Source: an uncultured Iamiaceae bacterium
GTDB lineage: Bacteria; Actinomycetota; Acidimicrobiia; Acidimicrobiales; Iamiaceae
NCBI GenBank assembly: GCA_963728655.1
Contig: CAVSLD010000004.1
Span: 113,343-177,342, forward strand
Reading direction: 5' to 3'
DNA length: 64,000 nucleotides
Shown: positions 22,278 through 32,290 of the stretch, in pieces
How positions within the stretch are numbered: the first letter of the stretch is position 1
Layout: each line of letters opens with the position of its first letter
The notes under the pieces: model-generated
Told to the model about the DNA's origin: nothing
Database searches by the model: none
Seen by the model: the letters and a program-made list of their open reading frames with translations, nothing else
Position numbers and translations under genes: made by a program

Positions 22278-23478
22278 GGGCCACGACCTTCCCGGCGGCG
22301 TGGCCCAGGGCGTGGCCCACGCCCCGCACCAGCGGGCGCCGGTCGTCGGTCGCGTGGAGGTCGTCGCCCTGCCCGGGTCGGAACAGGTCGACCGCGGCGC
22401 GCAGGCCGTCGCGCCGGCGCAGGTCCACCAGCGACGAGCAGCGACGGCCGCGGGCGAGCACCGAGCCGATCCAGACCAGCTCGAGGTCCAGGTTCCGGGC
22501 CCGCACACCCCGCTCGTAGGAGGTGTCGAGGACGCGGCCCGTCGGGCCCTCGAGGTGCACCTCGAGCAGGCGGGCGGGGACGTCGCTGCCGGCCCGGACG
22601 GCGAGGGGCAGCGATCCCCACAGGCGCCCGTTGACCTCCATCAGCGCCGTGCCGCCGGGACCGGCCTTGACCTCGACCATGGCGGCACCGGTCCACCCCA
22701 TGGCCCCCAGGAGACGGCCGGCCACGTCGAGGAGGTCGTCGTCGACGTCCACGGTCTCGCGCTGGGCGCTGGCGCCGCCCGACACGGGGACCTCGTGGAG
22801 TCGTCGGTGCTGCACCGCGAGCACGGGGCGGCCCTCCTCCACCACCAGCCCGAGGCCGAGCCCGACCCCTGCGTGGTGGCCCTGGGCGAGCACCGGCTGG
22901 CCCGCGTCGGCGACGGCGGCGGCCACCTCGGCGTCGGACCAGGCGTAGCGCACCGTCCCCTTGCCCAGCCGCCCGTCGGGGCCGACGGTGCGCGACCGGT
23001 CGGGCTTGACCACGACCGGCGCCCCCAGGCGGGCGATGGTGCCGGCGGCGGCGGTCGGGTCGGTGATCACCTCGCTCGGGGGGACGCAGATGCCGAGGGA
23101 CCGGGCCAGGGCGACCGTGGCGACCTTGCTGGCCGCCTGCTCCAGGGCCGACACGGGGGCGGCCGCGAGGGTGCACCCGTCAGGCAGCGCCGTCCCGGTC
23201 GCCACCAGCGGCACGAGGGCGTCGTCGGTGACCGGGACCACGGCATCGACCCGGTGGGTGCGGGCCAGGGCGACCAGACCGGCCGCGGTGGCCTCGACGC
23301 CGTCGACGAAGGGCGAGGGGTAGCAGGCGGCGGCGTGGGCGTAGCGGGAGGCGGCGCCGATGGTGCCGCTGTCGGTGTCGGCCGCGACGACGGTGTGGCC
23401 GGCGCGGCCGAGGGAGCGGATCACGGCCAGCCCGCTGGCCCGGCCGGCGTCGGTGACGAGCACGCGCCGGGGCCTCAC
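22270..23478 (-). CDS. ATP-grasp carboxylate-amine ligase
   Basis: VLVTDAG, IRSLGRAG, VVVKP, AMVEVK, LMEVNGRLWGS. Confidence 0.88.
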   Translation of the reverse strand: MRPRRVLVTDAGRASGLAVIRSLGRAGHTVVAADTDSGTIGAASRYAHAAACYPSPFVDGVEATAAGLVALARTHRVDAVVPVTDDALVPLVATGTALPDGCTLAAAPVSALEQAASKVATVALARSLGICVPPSEVITDPTAAAGTIARLGAPVVVKPDRSRTVGPDGRLGKGTVRYAWSDAEVAAAVADAGQPVLAQGHHAGVGLGLGLVVEEGRPVLAVQHRRLHEVPVSGGASAQRETVDVDDDLLDVAGRLLGAMGWTGAAMVEVKAGPGGTALMEVNGRLWGSLPLAVRAGSDVPARLLEVHLEGPTGRVLDTSYERGVRARNLDLELVWIGSVLARGRRCSSLVDLRRRDGLRAAVDLFRPGQGDDLHATDDRRPLVRGVGHALGHAAGKVVARG

Positions 23479-24158
23479 GGCGTCGCCCCCACGGCCCGCT
23501 CCACGGCGGCGGCCACCGCCGCCAGGACGTCGTCGAGGGGCAGGGAGGCGTCGACCCTCTCGCCCCGCGCCGCCTGGTCGAGGTAGTCCAGGTACTCGTC
23601 GCGCCGGCGGGCCACCTCGGCCAGCGTCCCCTCGTCCTTGCGGGCGTGGAGCACCTCGGCCGGGGCGTCGAGCACCACGACCAGGTCCGGCTCCGGGAAG
23701 GCCCGGCGGATGAAGCCGGCGTGGACCCGCCGGGCCCGGCCCAGCGCGGCCGACGGCGCCAGCTCGTGGGCGTGGTGGTCGGCGGTGGCCCAACGGTCGA
23801 CGACGACCACCCTCCCCTGGCGCCGGTGCCAGCGGATCACGGCCCACCGGTAGGAGCCCTCGGCCACCTGGTTGGCCACCCGGCCCGAGGCTCGCAGCCC
23901 GCGGAGTCCCCGCGCCGCGGCCGAGCCACCGGGCCGGGCCCCGAGGTCGTGGTCGAGGGCCGGGGGACCACCGGCGGCCACGTGGCCCCGCGCCCGGCGG
24001 ACCCGGTGGACCAGGCGGGTGGTGGGCAGGGCGTGGGTGGCCGAGGCCGGGTTGTCGCCGAGGTACACGTAGCGGGCGGGACGCCCCAGCACCGTGGGCA
24101 GGGCCCGGCCCACCGTCGTCTTGCCCGCGCCGTCGGCGCCCACGAGGGCCACGGTCAC
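23475..24158 (-). CDS. Thymidylate-kinase-like P-loop protein
   Basis: VALVGADGAGKTT, VVVDRW, PEPDLVVVLDAP, HARKDE. Confidence 0.82.
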   Translation of the reverse strand: MTVALVGADGAGKTTVGRALPTVLGRPARYVYLGDNPASATHALPTTRLVHRVRRARGHVAAGGPPALDHDLGARPGGSAAARGLRGLRASGRVANQVAEGSYRWAVIRWHRRQGRVVVVDRWATADHHAHELAPSAALGRARRVHAGFIRRAFPEPDLVVVLDAPAEVLHARKDEGTLAEVARRRDEYLDYLDQAARGERVDASLPLDDVLAAVAAAVERAVGATP

Positions 24159-25348
24159 CACGGGACGACCTCCCGCCGGGTGGCCGAGGCCAGGGCATCG
24201 GCCAGCAGACGGCCGCTGCGCTCCCAGGAGAAGCGGTCGACCACCCAGTCCCGACCGGCGCGGTCGGGCGCGTGCCCGCCGCGGTCGGCGGCGGCGAGCC
24301 GGTCGAGGACGGCGGCGGCGAAGGCAGCCGGCTCGTCGGCCACCGCGACCGGTGCGCCCGCGCCCAGGCCGGCGGCCGCCACCGAGGTCGTCACCACCGG
24401 GACCTGGAGCGCCAGGGCCTCCAGCAGCTTGTTCTGGATGCCGGTGGCCACCCGCAGCGGGGCGGCGACGACCGCGCCCTGCTCGACGTGGGGCCGCACG
24501 TCGTCGACGGTGCCGGTCAGCTCCACGCGGGGCACGTCCAGCTCCGTGGCCAGGGCCGCGCTGGCACCGGTGCCGACGATCAGCACGGGGGTGTCGGGCC
24601 GCCGGGCCCAGACCCGCGGCATGATCCGGGTCACGAGGTGGCGGGCGGCGTCGGCGTTGGGCCGGTAGGCGAGGTTGCCGCACAGGACGACGGCCCCGCC
24701 CAGGCGGGGCGAGCGGCGGTCCCAGGTCGCGGCGTCGATGCCGTTGGGGACGACCACGGCGTCGGCCACGCGGGCGGGCGCCCCCTCCTCCCGGAGCAGC
24801 TGGCGGTCCCGTGCCGACGCGGTGAGCAGCACGTCACCCCGCCCCACCAGGCCCGCCTCGACGCCGCGCAGGAGGTGGCGACGGAGCCGCAGGCCGGGAC
24901 GGCGCCGGGCGGGGGCCGAGGCCAGCTCCTGGGTCAGGCGGGCCGAGGTGGCGTCGCACAGGTCCACCACGACGGGCAGGTCCGGGGGCACCACGTCGAG
25001 CACCGAGGCGGTGTCCTTGCCCGACAGGAGGACGACGTCGACGCCGTCGGCCACGTCGTCGGCCACCGCGGCCCGCAACCGGGCGACCGACGGCCGGCGC
25101 GCCGGCGCCAGCTGCAGGGCGCGGCGGACAGCGCGGGGCGCATCGGCATCGGTGAACACCGCGACCTCCGACACCAGGCCGGCGACGCCGGCGCGGTCCT
25201 CGTCCCGGTGCGACGGCCCGGCGAGGGACCGGAGGCGGACCTCGTGGTCCGGTGCGAGGGCGCGCAGGAGGTGGTGGTGGCGGAGGTACCCGCTCGACAG
25301 CGGGAACGGGAACCCGGCGGTGACGTAGCTGACCCGGAGCGCGCTCAC
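24155..25348 (-). CDS. GT4 family glycosyltransferase
   Basis: PFPLSSG, VVPNGID, GNLAYRPN, GIQNKLLEALA, FSWE. Confidence 0.88.
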   Translation of the reverse strand: MSALRVSYVTAGFPFPLSSGYLRHHHLLRALAPDHEVRLRSLAGPSHRDEDRAGVAGLVSEVAVFTDADAPRAVRRALQLAPARRPSVARLRAAVADDVADGVDVVLLSGKDTASVLDVVPPDLPVVVDLCDATSARLTQELASAPARRRPGLRLRRHLLRGVEAGLVGRGDVLLTASARDRQLLREEGAPARVADAVVVPNGIDAATWDRRSPRLGGAVVLCGNLAYRPNADAARHLVTRIMPRVWARRPDTPVLIVGTGASAALATELDVPRVELTGTVDDVRPHVEQGAVVAAPLRVATGIQNKLLEALALQVPVVTTSVAAAGLGAGAPVAVADEPAAFAAAVLDRLAAADRGGHAPDRAGRDWVVDRFSWERSGRLLADALASATRREVVPW

Positions 25349-26895
25349 CGGCGACGCTCCTCGAGGTCCTCGAGCAGTGCCAGCCACAGCACCTCGTGGC
25401 GGTGCGGGGCGGAGCCGGCCGGCCGGGGCCCGAGCGCCGCGACCCGCCGGGTCCAGCTGGCCAGCGACAGGAGCGGGACGAGGCGCCGGTCGACCTCGAG
25501 GTGCTCGGCGTGGAGGGCGATCTCGGGCCACGCCCACCCGTGGGTGCGCAGGGCGGGGGCCACCGTGCGGGCCCGCTCGGCCGGGCCCCGGGGGCGCTCC
25601 ACGCTCTCGACGACGTAGGCCGCGAAGAGGAGGAGGTCGTGCAGGGGCAGGCCGTCGGTGCGGGCCCGCTCCCAGTCCACGACGGCCAGTCCCCCGGTCG
25701 GGGCCCGGAGCACGTTGGGGTGGCACAGGTCGCCGTGCTCGAACACCACGGGCAGGTCCTCGTGCACGAGGGGGGCGAGCAATGCCTCGGCCCGCCGGGC
25801 CCGCGTCGCCCACCCGCCGGGGCGAGAGGCGATGGCGGCGAGCGACGCCGCGACCAGCTCCGTCCCCCGGCCGTCCTCGCTGGGGCGGGAGGGCGCCTCC
25901 CACGGCAGGCCCTCGACCCAGGCCCGCCCGGCCGCCAGGGCGGCCTGGGGGTCGCGCCGCACGGCCCGGCGGTCGAGGGGCAGGCCCACCACCGCGTCCT
26001 CGACGAGGACGCGGCGCGAGCCGCGCCGCTCGACGGCGGGGCGGGAGGGGGCGCCGGGGAACGGTCCGGTCCGACGGAGCAGGGCGTCGAGTGCGACGGC
26101 CTCGTCCTCGACCAGAGGGTCGTCCTCGGGGCGGCGAGCGGCCTTGACCACCCGATCCAGACGCCGACCGCCCTCGGCGGTGGACACGCCGATCACGGCC
26201 CTCGAGGTGGAGAACCGCGGGGTGACGAGGCCGTCGACCGGGTGGGCGCGCCCGGGCTGGGCCAGCGCCGGCTCGGCGTCGGGCTCCACCCCGGGGGCCC
26301 GGGCCAGCAGGGAGACCTCCCGGGCTCCGAGGAGGGCGAGGCCCGACCCCGCCAGGGCCGCCTCGAGCCGCACCCAGCGACCCCGGTCGGCCACGGCGCG
26401 GATGACCGTCGCCGCGGCCGGGCCGTGGTCGAGGCGCACCAGGCACCGGGCCCGGTCCGTCGACGGCCGGTGCCACCAGACCGACACGTCGAGCCCGGCC
26501 CGGCGCAGGCGGCGGACCAGCCTCGTGCGCCGGACGGGGGTGCTGCGCTCGACCCGGAGCGTGGCGCCGGACCCGAGCAGGGCCAGGGCCCGGGTCACGT
26601 CGCGGCGGCGGTCCCTGGTGACCACGACGATGGCGGGCGCCCCGCCGGCGCCGGTCGGGCCGGCCGCGGCCACCAGGGCGCGGGACGACGCGGTGGCCGG
26701 ACCGACGACGGCGACCGGCCCCAGCCCCCCGGAGGAGGGCAGCAGGGCGGTCCAGTCCGGGGTGGGGGCGGCCCCCGGGGGCGGCGCCCCGATCGTCACC
26801 GGTGCCGGACCCGGGGGCGGGACCGGGTCCGACACCGGCGGGGTGGCGGCGGTGCGCGTGGGCACCGCCGTGCGAGGGTCGTCCGTGGCGGTCAT
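25345..26895 (-). CDS. Aminoglycoside-phosphotransferase / choline-kinase-fold kinase
   Basis: RVVKAAR, HGDLCHPN, VVDWE, LHDL; ATG overlaps the upstream TGA. Confidence 0.82.
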   Translation of the reverse strand: MTATDDPRTAVPTRTAATPPVSDPVPPPGPAPVTIGAPPPGAAPTPDWTALLPSSGGLGPVAVVGPATASSRALVAAAGPTGAGGAPAIVVVTRDRRRDVTRALALLGSGATLRVERSTPVRRTRLVRRLRRAGLDVSVWWHRPSTDRARCLVRLDHGPAAATVIRAVADRGRWVRLEAALAGSGLALLGAREVSLLARAPGVEPDAEPALAQPGRAHPVDGLVTPRFSTSRAVIGVSTAEGGRRLDRVVKAARRPEDDPLVEDEAVALDALLRRTGPFPGAPSRPAVERRGSRRVLVEDAVVGLPLDRRAVRRDPQAALAAGRAWVEGLPWEAPSRPSEDGRGTELVAASLAAIASRPGGWATRARRAEALLAPLVHEDLPVVFEHGDLCHPNVLRAPTGGLAVVDWERARTDGLPLHDLLLFAAYVVESVERPRGPAERARTVAPALRTHGWAWPEIALHAEHLEVDRRLVPLLSLASWTRRVAALGPRPAGSAPHRHEVLWLALLEDLEERRR

Positions 26896-28022
26896 GGCCG
26901 CCCGTCCAGGGTTGCGAGGAGGGCACCGCGCAGGGCACCGAGGTCCATGGGGTGGGGGTGGAGCACCTCGAAGGCGGGGGCCCCGTCGAGCCGGGCCCGC
27001 ACCAGGGCCCGCTCCTGGTCGCGGATCTCGGCCAGGACCGGCAGGGGCACCTCCGGGAAGGCGAAGCGGTGCGCCTCGGCCAGGTCGCGGAGCGGGCCGC
27101 GCTCGTAGGCGAGGGAGGCGACCATGCGGTCGGCCACCTCCCGGCCCGTGGTGGGGCGGACGGCGATGTCGTCGCGCAGGGCGGAGGTCATCAGGAGCAC
27201 CGGTCCCCGCGGCAGGGGCGGTCCGGACGCCTGCGGGAGGTGGTCCCCGTCGAGGTCCACGAAGCGCTGGCGCTCGAGGGCCGAGGACAGCCGGGCCGAG
27301 CGGGCCTCGCTCGCGGCCACCGCCAGGCCCAGCAGGCGGAGCCGGGCCCGGTCGGACCGCGACGTCCGGCGGCGGACCGCCGGGAGCTGCCGGAGCTGCC
27401 AGTCCCACACCCGGAGCGGCTCGAAGATCCCGGTCACGGTGCCGTCGGGTCGGAGGTGCAGCCACTCGTCGCCGACCAGGCGGCCGCCCGCGCCCAGCAG
27501 GGCGAGCACGGCCTCGGTCTTGCCGCCCTTGGACCAGCCCGTCGCCACCACGACCCGGCCGTCGAGCTCGACCGCCGAGGCGTGCAGGGCCACGCCGCCG
27601 TGGGCGGGGAGGGCCAGGTTCACCGCCGCGACCAGGTGGGGGACGCGGCCGACGCCGTGCTCGCACACCAGCTCGCAGGGTCCGCCGAGGGCCGCCACGG
27701 GGATGCGGACGCGGGCCGGGCGGCGGAAGCGCCCCCGCAGCACGACGAGCGCTCCGTCGGCCACGGCCACCTCGCCCGGCCCCAGCAGGCGCATCGGGTC
27801 CGGGGTCTGCAGCCGGTCGACGTAGCGCAGGGTGATGTCCGCCTCGCCGACGACCGGTGCGCCGGCCGGGCCCAGCTGGGCCTCGACCGCGGCCCGGTCC
27901 GCGGGGTCGGCGTCGACGAGCCGGACCCGGACCAGGCGGGAGACCACGATGTCGACGACGTCGCCGTCGGGCACGGCGCGAGCCGCGTCGGAGGCGGGGG
28001 GGACCCGCAGGGTGGCGGTCAC
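26892..28022 (-). CDS. HprK-related P-loop kinase
   Basis: ALHASAV...GWSKGGKT...LVGDE motif order typical of the HprK/PEPCK-like fold. Confidence 0.72.
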   Translation of the reverse strand: MTATLRVPPASDAARAVPDGDVVDIVVSRLVRVRLVDADPADRAAVEAQLGPAGAPVVGEADITLRYVDRLQTPDPMRLLGPGEVAVADGALVVLRGRFRRPARVRIPVAALGGPCELVCEHGVGRVPHLVAAVNLALPAHGGVALHASAVELDGRVVVATGWSKGGKTEAVLALLGAGGRLVGDEWLHLRPDGTVTGIFEPLRVWDWQLRQLPAVRRRTSRSDRARLRLLGLAVAASEARSARLSSALERQRFVDLDGDHLPQASGPPLPRGPVLLMTSALRDDIAVRPTTGREVADRMVASLAYERGPLRDLAEAHRFAFPEVPLPVLAEIRDQERALVRARLDGAPAFEVLHPHPMDLGALRGALLATLDGRP

Positions 28023-29611
28023 GGGTCCGACCTCCGGCCGCCGGCGACGAAGCGGCCGAGGAGCGGGATCCGCAGCAGCTCGGGGAACATGGCGTCCACG
28101 GCCAGCTCGTGGCGACCCCCGAGGAGCACGGCGGCGGAGGCGACCGCGACCAGGACCACCGAGGCCACCGTGGGCAGGCCGACCACCGCTCCGGCCACGA
28201 CCGCGGCGGAGGCGGCGACGATGATGAGGTACACGACCCGGTACCGGTGGGTGAGCAGCTCGACGCCGGTGGCCCGCCGCAGGGTGAGGTGCTTGAGCAC
28301 GTTGTAGAGCACCACGGTTGCGGCCGTGCCCCACGCCGCCCCCATGGCCCCGTACCGGGGGATCAGCACCAGGTTGAAAGCCAGGTTGGCCACGAGGGCC
28401 GAGCCGGCCGCGGCGGCCACCAGCCACACCCGCCCGACCATCTTCACGGTGACCCCGTTGAACCCCAACGAGGCGTTGAAGTAGGCCGAGGCGGAGAGGA
28501 TCTGCAGGTAGGCGGCCGAGCTCTCGTAGCGGTCGCCGAAGAGCAGGGCCGTCAGGGGCCCGGCCAGGCCGACGGTCACCGCGGCCAGCGGGAAGGTGAG
28601 CACCGCCACCCACGTGGCCGTGCGCCAGTAGGCGTCCCCGAGCCCGGTCCGGTCGCCGCGCGCCCACAGCCTGGCCATGAGGGGGCCGAAGAGCAGGGCG
28701 AAGCTGTTCATGACCAGCTGGTTGAGGTGGGCCAGGGGGAGCACGGCGCGGTAGCCGGCGACGGCGTCGGCCCCGTCGACCCGGCCCAGGATGACCACGT
28801 CGGAGGTGTTGAGCACGACGAACATGGCGTCGCTGAGCAGCAGCGGGAGGGTGAAGGCGGCGACCTCCTTGATCGGCAGGTCGAGCCCGGTCTCCCCCGA
28901 GGCGAGCAGCCCGCGCTCCCGGAAGGTGCGGGCCAGCAGGCTCCCGTAGACGGCCAGGCCGACGAACCCCACGGCGAGGTAGCCCGCCCCGAGGGCGAAC
29001 ACGTCGCCGCCGAAGAGCAGCACGGCGGCCACCACCCCGAGGCGCAGGACCGGCCCGAGCACGTAGCGCCGGAGGAAGATGGCCTTGGACTCGCCGAAGG
29101 CGGCGAACAGCGATGCGGCCGTGCCGTCGAGCGCCTGGACCGGGGCCAGCACGACCATGACGGCGAGGAGCTGCGCCAGCCGGGGGTCGTCGACCAGGGT
29201 CCCGCCCACGAAGCCGCGTGCGCCGATGGCGACGGCGGCCGCGGCTGCCCCGAGGCCGAGGATGGTGGCCAGCTGGCAGGCCAGCACCCCCCACAGCCGG
29301 GCCATGTCGCCCTTCTCCTCGTAGACGACCACGAAGCGGGCCAGGCCCCGGTCGAGGCCGAAGGTCACGATGGTCGTGAGCACCGTGACGATGGACAGGG
29401 CGTAGGCGAAGATGCCGTAGTCGGCCCGCGAGAGGGCCCGGACGATGAGCACCTGGACGGCCAGGTTGGCCACCATCGAGAGCAGGCGACCGAAGAGGAG
29501 CAGGCTCGAGCCGCGGATCTGGCGGTCGACCTCGGTGTGGCGCGGGCGCTGTCCGAGGTCGGGATCTCGGGGCGGCTCGGCCCGTTCGGTGACGACGGCC
29601 ACGGCGGTCAC
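28019..29611 (-). CDS. wzx: Wzx-type oligosaccharide flippase
   Basis: About 12-14 TM segments; RALSRADYG, FGLDRGLARF, SDVVILG, LIPRYGAMGAA. Confidence 0.88.
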   Translation of the reverse strand: MTAVAVVTERAEPPRDPDLGQRPRHTEVDRQIRGSSLLLFGRLLSMVANLAVQVLIVRALSRADYGIFAYALSIVTVLTTIVTFGLDRGLARFVVVYEEKGDMARLWGVLACQLATILGLGAAAAAVAIGARGFVGGTLVDDPRLAQLLAVMVVLAPVQALDGTAASLFAAFGESKAIFLRRYVLGPVLRLGVVAAVLLFGGDVFALGAGYLAVGFVGLAVYGSLLARTFRERGLLASGETGLDLPIKEVAAFTLPLLLSDAMFVVLNTSDVVILGRVDGADAVAGYRAVLPLAHLNQLVMNSFALLFGPLMARLWARGDRTGLGDAYWRTATWVAVLTFPLAAVTVGLAGPLTALLFGDRYESSAAYLQILSASAYFNASLGFNGVTVKMVGRVWLVAAAAGSALVANLAFNLVLIPRYGAMGAAWGTAATVVLYNVLKHLTLRRATGVELLTHRYRVVYLIIVAASAAVVAGAVVGLPTVASVVLVAVASAAVLLGGRHELAVDAMFPELLRIPLLGRFVAGGRRSDP

Positions 29612-30921
29612 CGCCTCCCTGTCGGCGCGGCCACGGGGCGGACCCGCGTCGGGACCGCCCGCTGCCACACCAGGCTCACGGTGCGGTCGCAGACGACCTC
29701 CGGCGGCGAGGTGGCGTCGACGAGGGTGGTCGCGCCCCGCCCGACGAGCGCGAGGTGGCGACGGCGGTCGCGCTCGAGGTGGGCGAGGGAGTGCTCGGGC
29801 CGGCGCCGGTGGAGCTCGGCCGAGGGGGCGTCGAGCACCACCAGCAGGTCGGGGTGGGGCAGCGACGCCGCCAGCCCCCGCCGGCGCAGCTGCGCCCGTC
29901 GGCCCAGGTGGTCGGCCGCGGTCGGCGCGGCCTCGACCGGGTGCCGGTCGAGCACGACCAGCCGGCCCCGCCGCCGGTGCCAGGTGACCAGGGCCCGGGT
30001 CCCCAGCAGCCGGGCCAGGACCGCGGCCGTGCTCACGCCGGGGACCGGCCACCGGCGGGTGCCGCTGCGGTAGGTCCCGCCGTAGAGCACCCTCGCCGGG
30101 AGCCGGGCCGAGGTGGTGACCGCGGCGGCGAGCGTGGTCTTGCCGGTGCCGTCCGGGCCCACCAGGGCGACCAACGGCCCCCGGGCGGCCAAGGCCTCGG
30201 CGAGGGCCCGGGACCGGCGGGCCGAGCGGTTGCGGAGGTGGCGGGCGGGCGCCCGCAGCGGTCGGTGGTGCTGGAGCCGGCTCCGCAGCACCGGGGCGAG
30301 GGCCAGCAGGCCGGCGCGGTCGTCGGCGTCCACCAGCGACCGGACCTCGTCCCAGCCCGGCCCCGGGCCGGGGAGGAGGAGGCGACCCAGCACGCCGGGC
30401 ACCGGTGCCTCCGGGGCCAGGGCCCGAAGTCGCCGAGCGTCGGCGTCACGGACCTCGGACCGGTCGAGGAGGGCGTGGCCGAGCAGGGCGGCGAGCTCGT
30501 CGGCCGGGTGCAGCCGGGGCGGGACGCCGGTCCGGCGGGCCTCCAGGCACGCGGCCCCCGTCCCCGTCGCCCACTGGTGCCACGGGCCGAAGGCGAGGTC
30601 GGTCACCAGGTCGACCTTCACCCAGTCGAGGGACCCGTCGTCGCCGGCGACGGGGCGCACGAGGAAGCGGTGGGGGTGGCGCCCCCACCCCGGTCGGCGC
30701 CGGAAGCCGGCATCGACCAGGGCCTGCTCCGCCTCGCGGCGCGCCCCGGCGGCCACCAGGACGTCGGCCTCGAGCACGCCCCGACCGTCCCGTGAGGGCT
30801 CACGGACCAGGGCCACCGCGACCGCCCGGCCCGACAGCTGCCCCCACACCTCGTCGAGGGCCCGGTGCGCGGCGTCGCCACGTGCGCTGCCCGCCTCGTC
30901 GTCCCTGCGTGACCCACCCAC
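29608..30921 (-). CDS. Two-domain protein: degenerate nucleotidyltransferase-like N-terminus + thymidylate-kinase-like C-terminus
   Basis: EADVLV...AEQALVDAGF, KVDLVT (NTase-like); LVGPDGTGKTT, VLDRH, PHPDLLVVLDAP. Confidence 0.72.
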   Translation of the reverse strand: MGGSRRDDEAGSARGDAAHRALDEVWGQLSGRAVAVALVREPSRDGRGVLEADVLVAAGARREAEQALVDAGFRRRPGWGRHPHRFLVRPVAGDDGSLDWVKVDLVTDLAFGPWHQWATGTGAACLEARRTGVPPRLHPADELAALLGHALLDRSEVRDADARRLRALAPEAPVPGVLGRLLLPGPGPGWDEVRSLVDADDRAGLLALAPVLRSRLQHHRPLRAPARHLRNRSARRSRALAEALAARGPLVALVGPDGTGKTTLAAAVTTSARLPARVLYGGTYRSGTRRWPVPGVSTAAVLARLLGTRALVTWHRRRGRLVVLDRHPVEAAPTAADHLGRRAQLRRRGLAASLPHPDLLVVLDAPSAELHRRRPEHSLAHLERDRRRHLALVGRGATTLVDATSPPEVVCDRTVSLVWQRAVPTRVRPVAAPTGRR

Positions 30922-31044
30922 TGCGTCTCCGTTCGGCGATGGCCCACCGTGGCGTGCCCGCCGACCAGGGCAGATCCGCGGTGTGGGTGATCGTCGCTAC
31001 CGCGATCGGGCGGACCCCCCCTGGCCCCGCCGACGCACCATCGA

Positions 31045-32175
31045 GTGGTGGAGCGCACCAGGGAGCGGCGACGGCGCCTGCGTCCCCTCGCGGGGTGGGT
31101 CGCGACGGTGGTCGCCCTGGCCGCGACGGCAGCCCTCGGGGCCGGCTGCACCTCCTCGCACGAGGCGGCCGGCTCACCGCCGCCGCCGGCCCCGACGACC
31201 ACGACCGAGGCGACCCCCGGTGGTCCCCCGCCGCCCCAGGGGGCCATGGAGGGGATCGCCCTGTCCATCCCGGACGGACCCGCCCGGGAGCGCCTGCTGG
31301 AAGCGGCGGCGGCCGCGGCCGACGTCGCCGCCCGACCCCGCGAGCCCCTCGAGATCACCGACACCGAGGACGACTTCGTCGAGGACGCCATCGGGGCCTG
31401 GACCCTCGCCCTCGCCCACCGGGCCACCGGCGATCCCGCCGACGCGGAGGCGGCCGCCGCCATCGTCGACGCCTGGGTCACCACGACCCGCACGCTCGTG
31501 GCCGCGTGCCCCGACACCGGGGCCTGCTCGACCTCCCTGGTGCTCAGCCGGGCCGCGCCCGGCCTGGTGCAGGCGGTGGACGTCCTACGGGCCGACGGCG
31601 CCTACGACGACGAGCACACGGCGCGGTTCCACGACTGGCTGCGCGACGTGATCCTCCCTGCGGCCTCGGACCGAGACAACAACTGGGGCGACGCCGGCAC
31701 CTACCTGCGGGCCGTGGCCGCGGCCGAGCTCGGCGACGACGAGGAGCTGGCCGCCACCGCCGACCGGTGGCGGGAGCGCATCGACCTCGTGGCACCCGAC
31801 GGACAGATCCCCGAGGAGGTCCGGCGGGGCGACGCCGGCCTGATGTACAGCCAGGAGGCGCTCGACTACAAGGTGGCCGCGGCCGACGTGCTGGCCCGCC
31901 ACGGCCAGGACGTGTGGGACTACGAGGGCGACGACGGCGGCACGCTGCGCGGTGCCCTCGACCTGGTCGCACGCTCCCTGGAGGACCAGGGGGCCTGGCC
32001 GGCACCGTCCGGCGACCTCCGCGTCCCGACCCCGGCGGGGCTGTGGCCGGTCGTGGCGGCCCGGTGGCCCGACGCGGGCTACGACGCGCTGGCCCAGGAG
32101 GCGGCCCGCCACGACGACGACGGGCACTCGGGCTTCGTGTGGACCGCCGTCACCCATCCGGTGGACGAAGGGTGA
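31045..32175 (+). CDS. Secreted lipoprotein, alginate-lyase-like polysaccharide lyase
   Basis: Lipobox GAGC; NNWGDAG; DGQIPEEVRRG...MYSQEA. Confidence 0.72.
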   Translation: MVERTRERRRRLRPLAGWVATVVALAATAALGAGCTSSHEAAGSPPPPAPTTTTEATPGGPPPPQGAMEGIALSIPDGPARERLLEAAAAAADVAARPREPLEITDTEDDFVEDAIGAWTLALAHRATGDPADAEAAAAIVDAWVTTTRTLVAACPDTGACSTSLVLSRAAPGLVQAVDVLRADGAYDDEHTARFHDWLRDVILPAASDRDNNWGDAGTYLRAVAAAELGDDEELAATADRWRERIDLVAPDGQIPEEVRRGDAGLMYSQEALDYKVAAADVLARHGQDVWDYEGDDGGTLRGALDLVARSLEDQGAWPAPSGDLRVPTPAGLWPVVAARWPDAGYDALAQEAARHDDDGHSGFVWTAVTHPVDEG

Positions 32176-32290
32176 CGGCGCCCGTGTCCCACCCCCGGAT
32201 CGGCGTAGTGCGGCTCACCCCGCCGCCGGTCGTGGCCCCCGCCGGGCCGGGCCAACGTCGGGGTCCGAGACCCCCGAAGGAGGTGGCGCA

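Noticed and set aside
11632-26895. APH-fold genes as aminoglycoside resistance determinants
   Set aside because: They are long, divergent and embedded in a polysaccharide operon; only the kinase fold is shared.
26892-28022. HprK-like kinase as a sign of a lasso-peptide cluster
   Set aside because: No asparagine-synthetase-like cyclase, PqqD/RRE, B2 peptidase or precursor peptide seen in the window.
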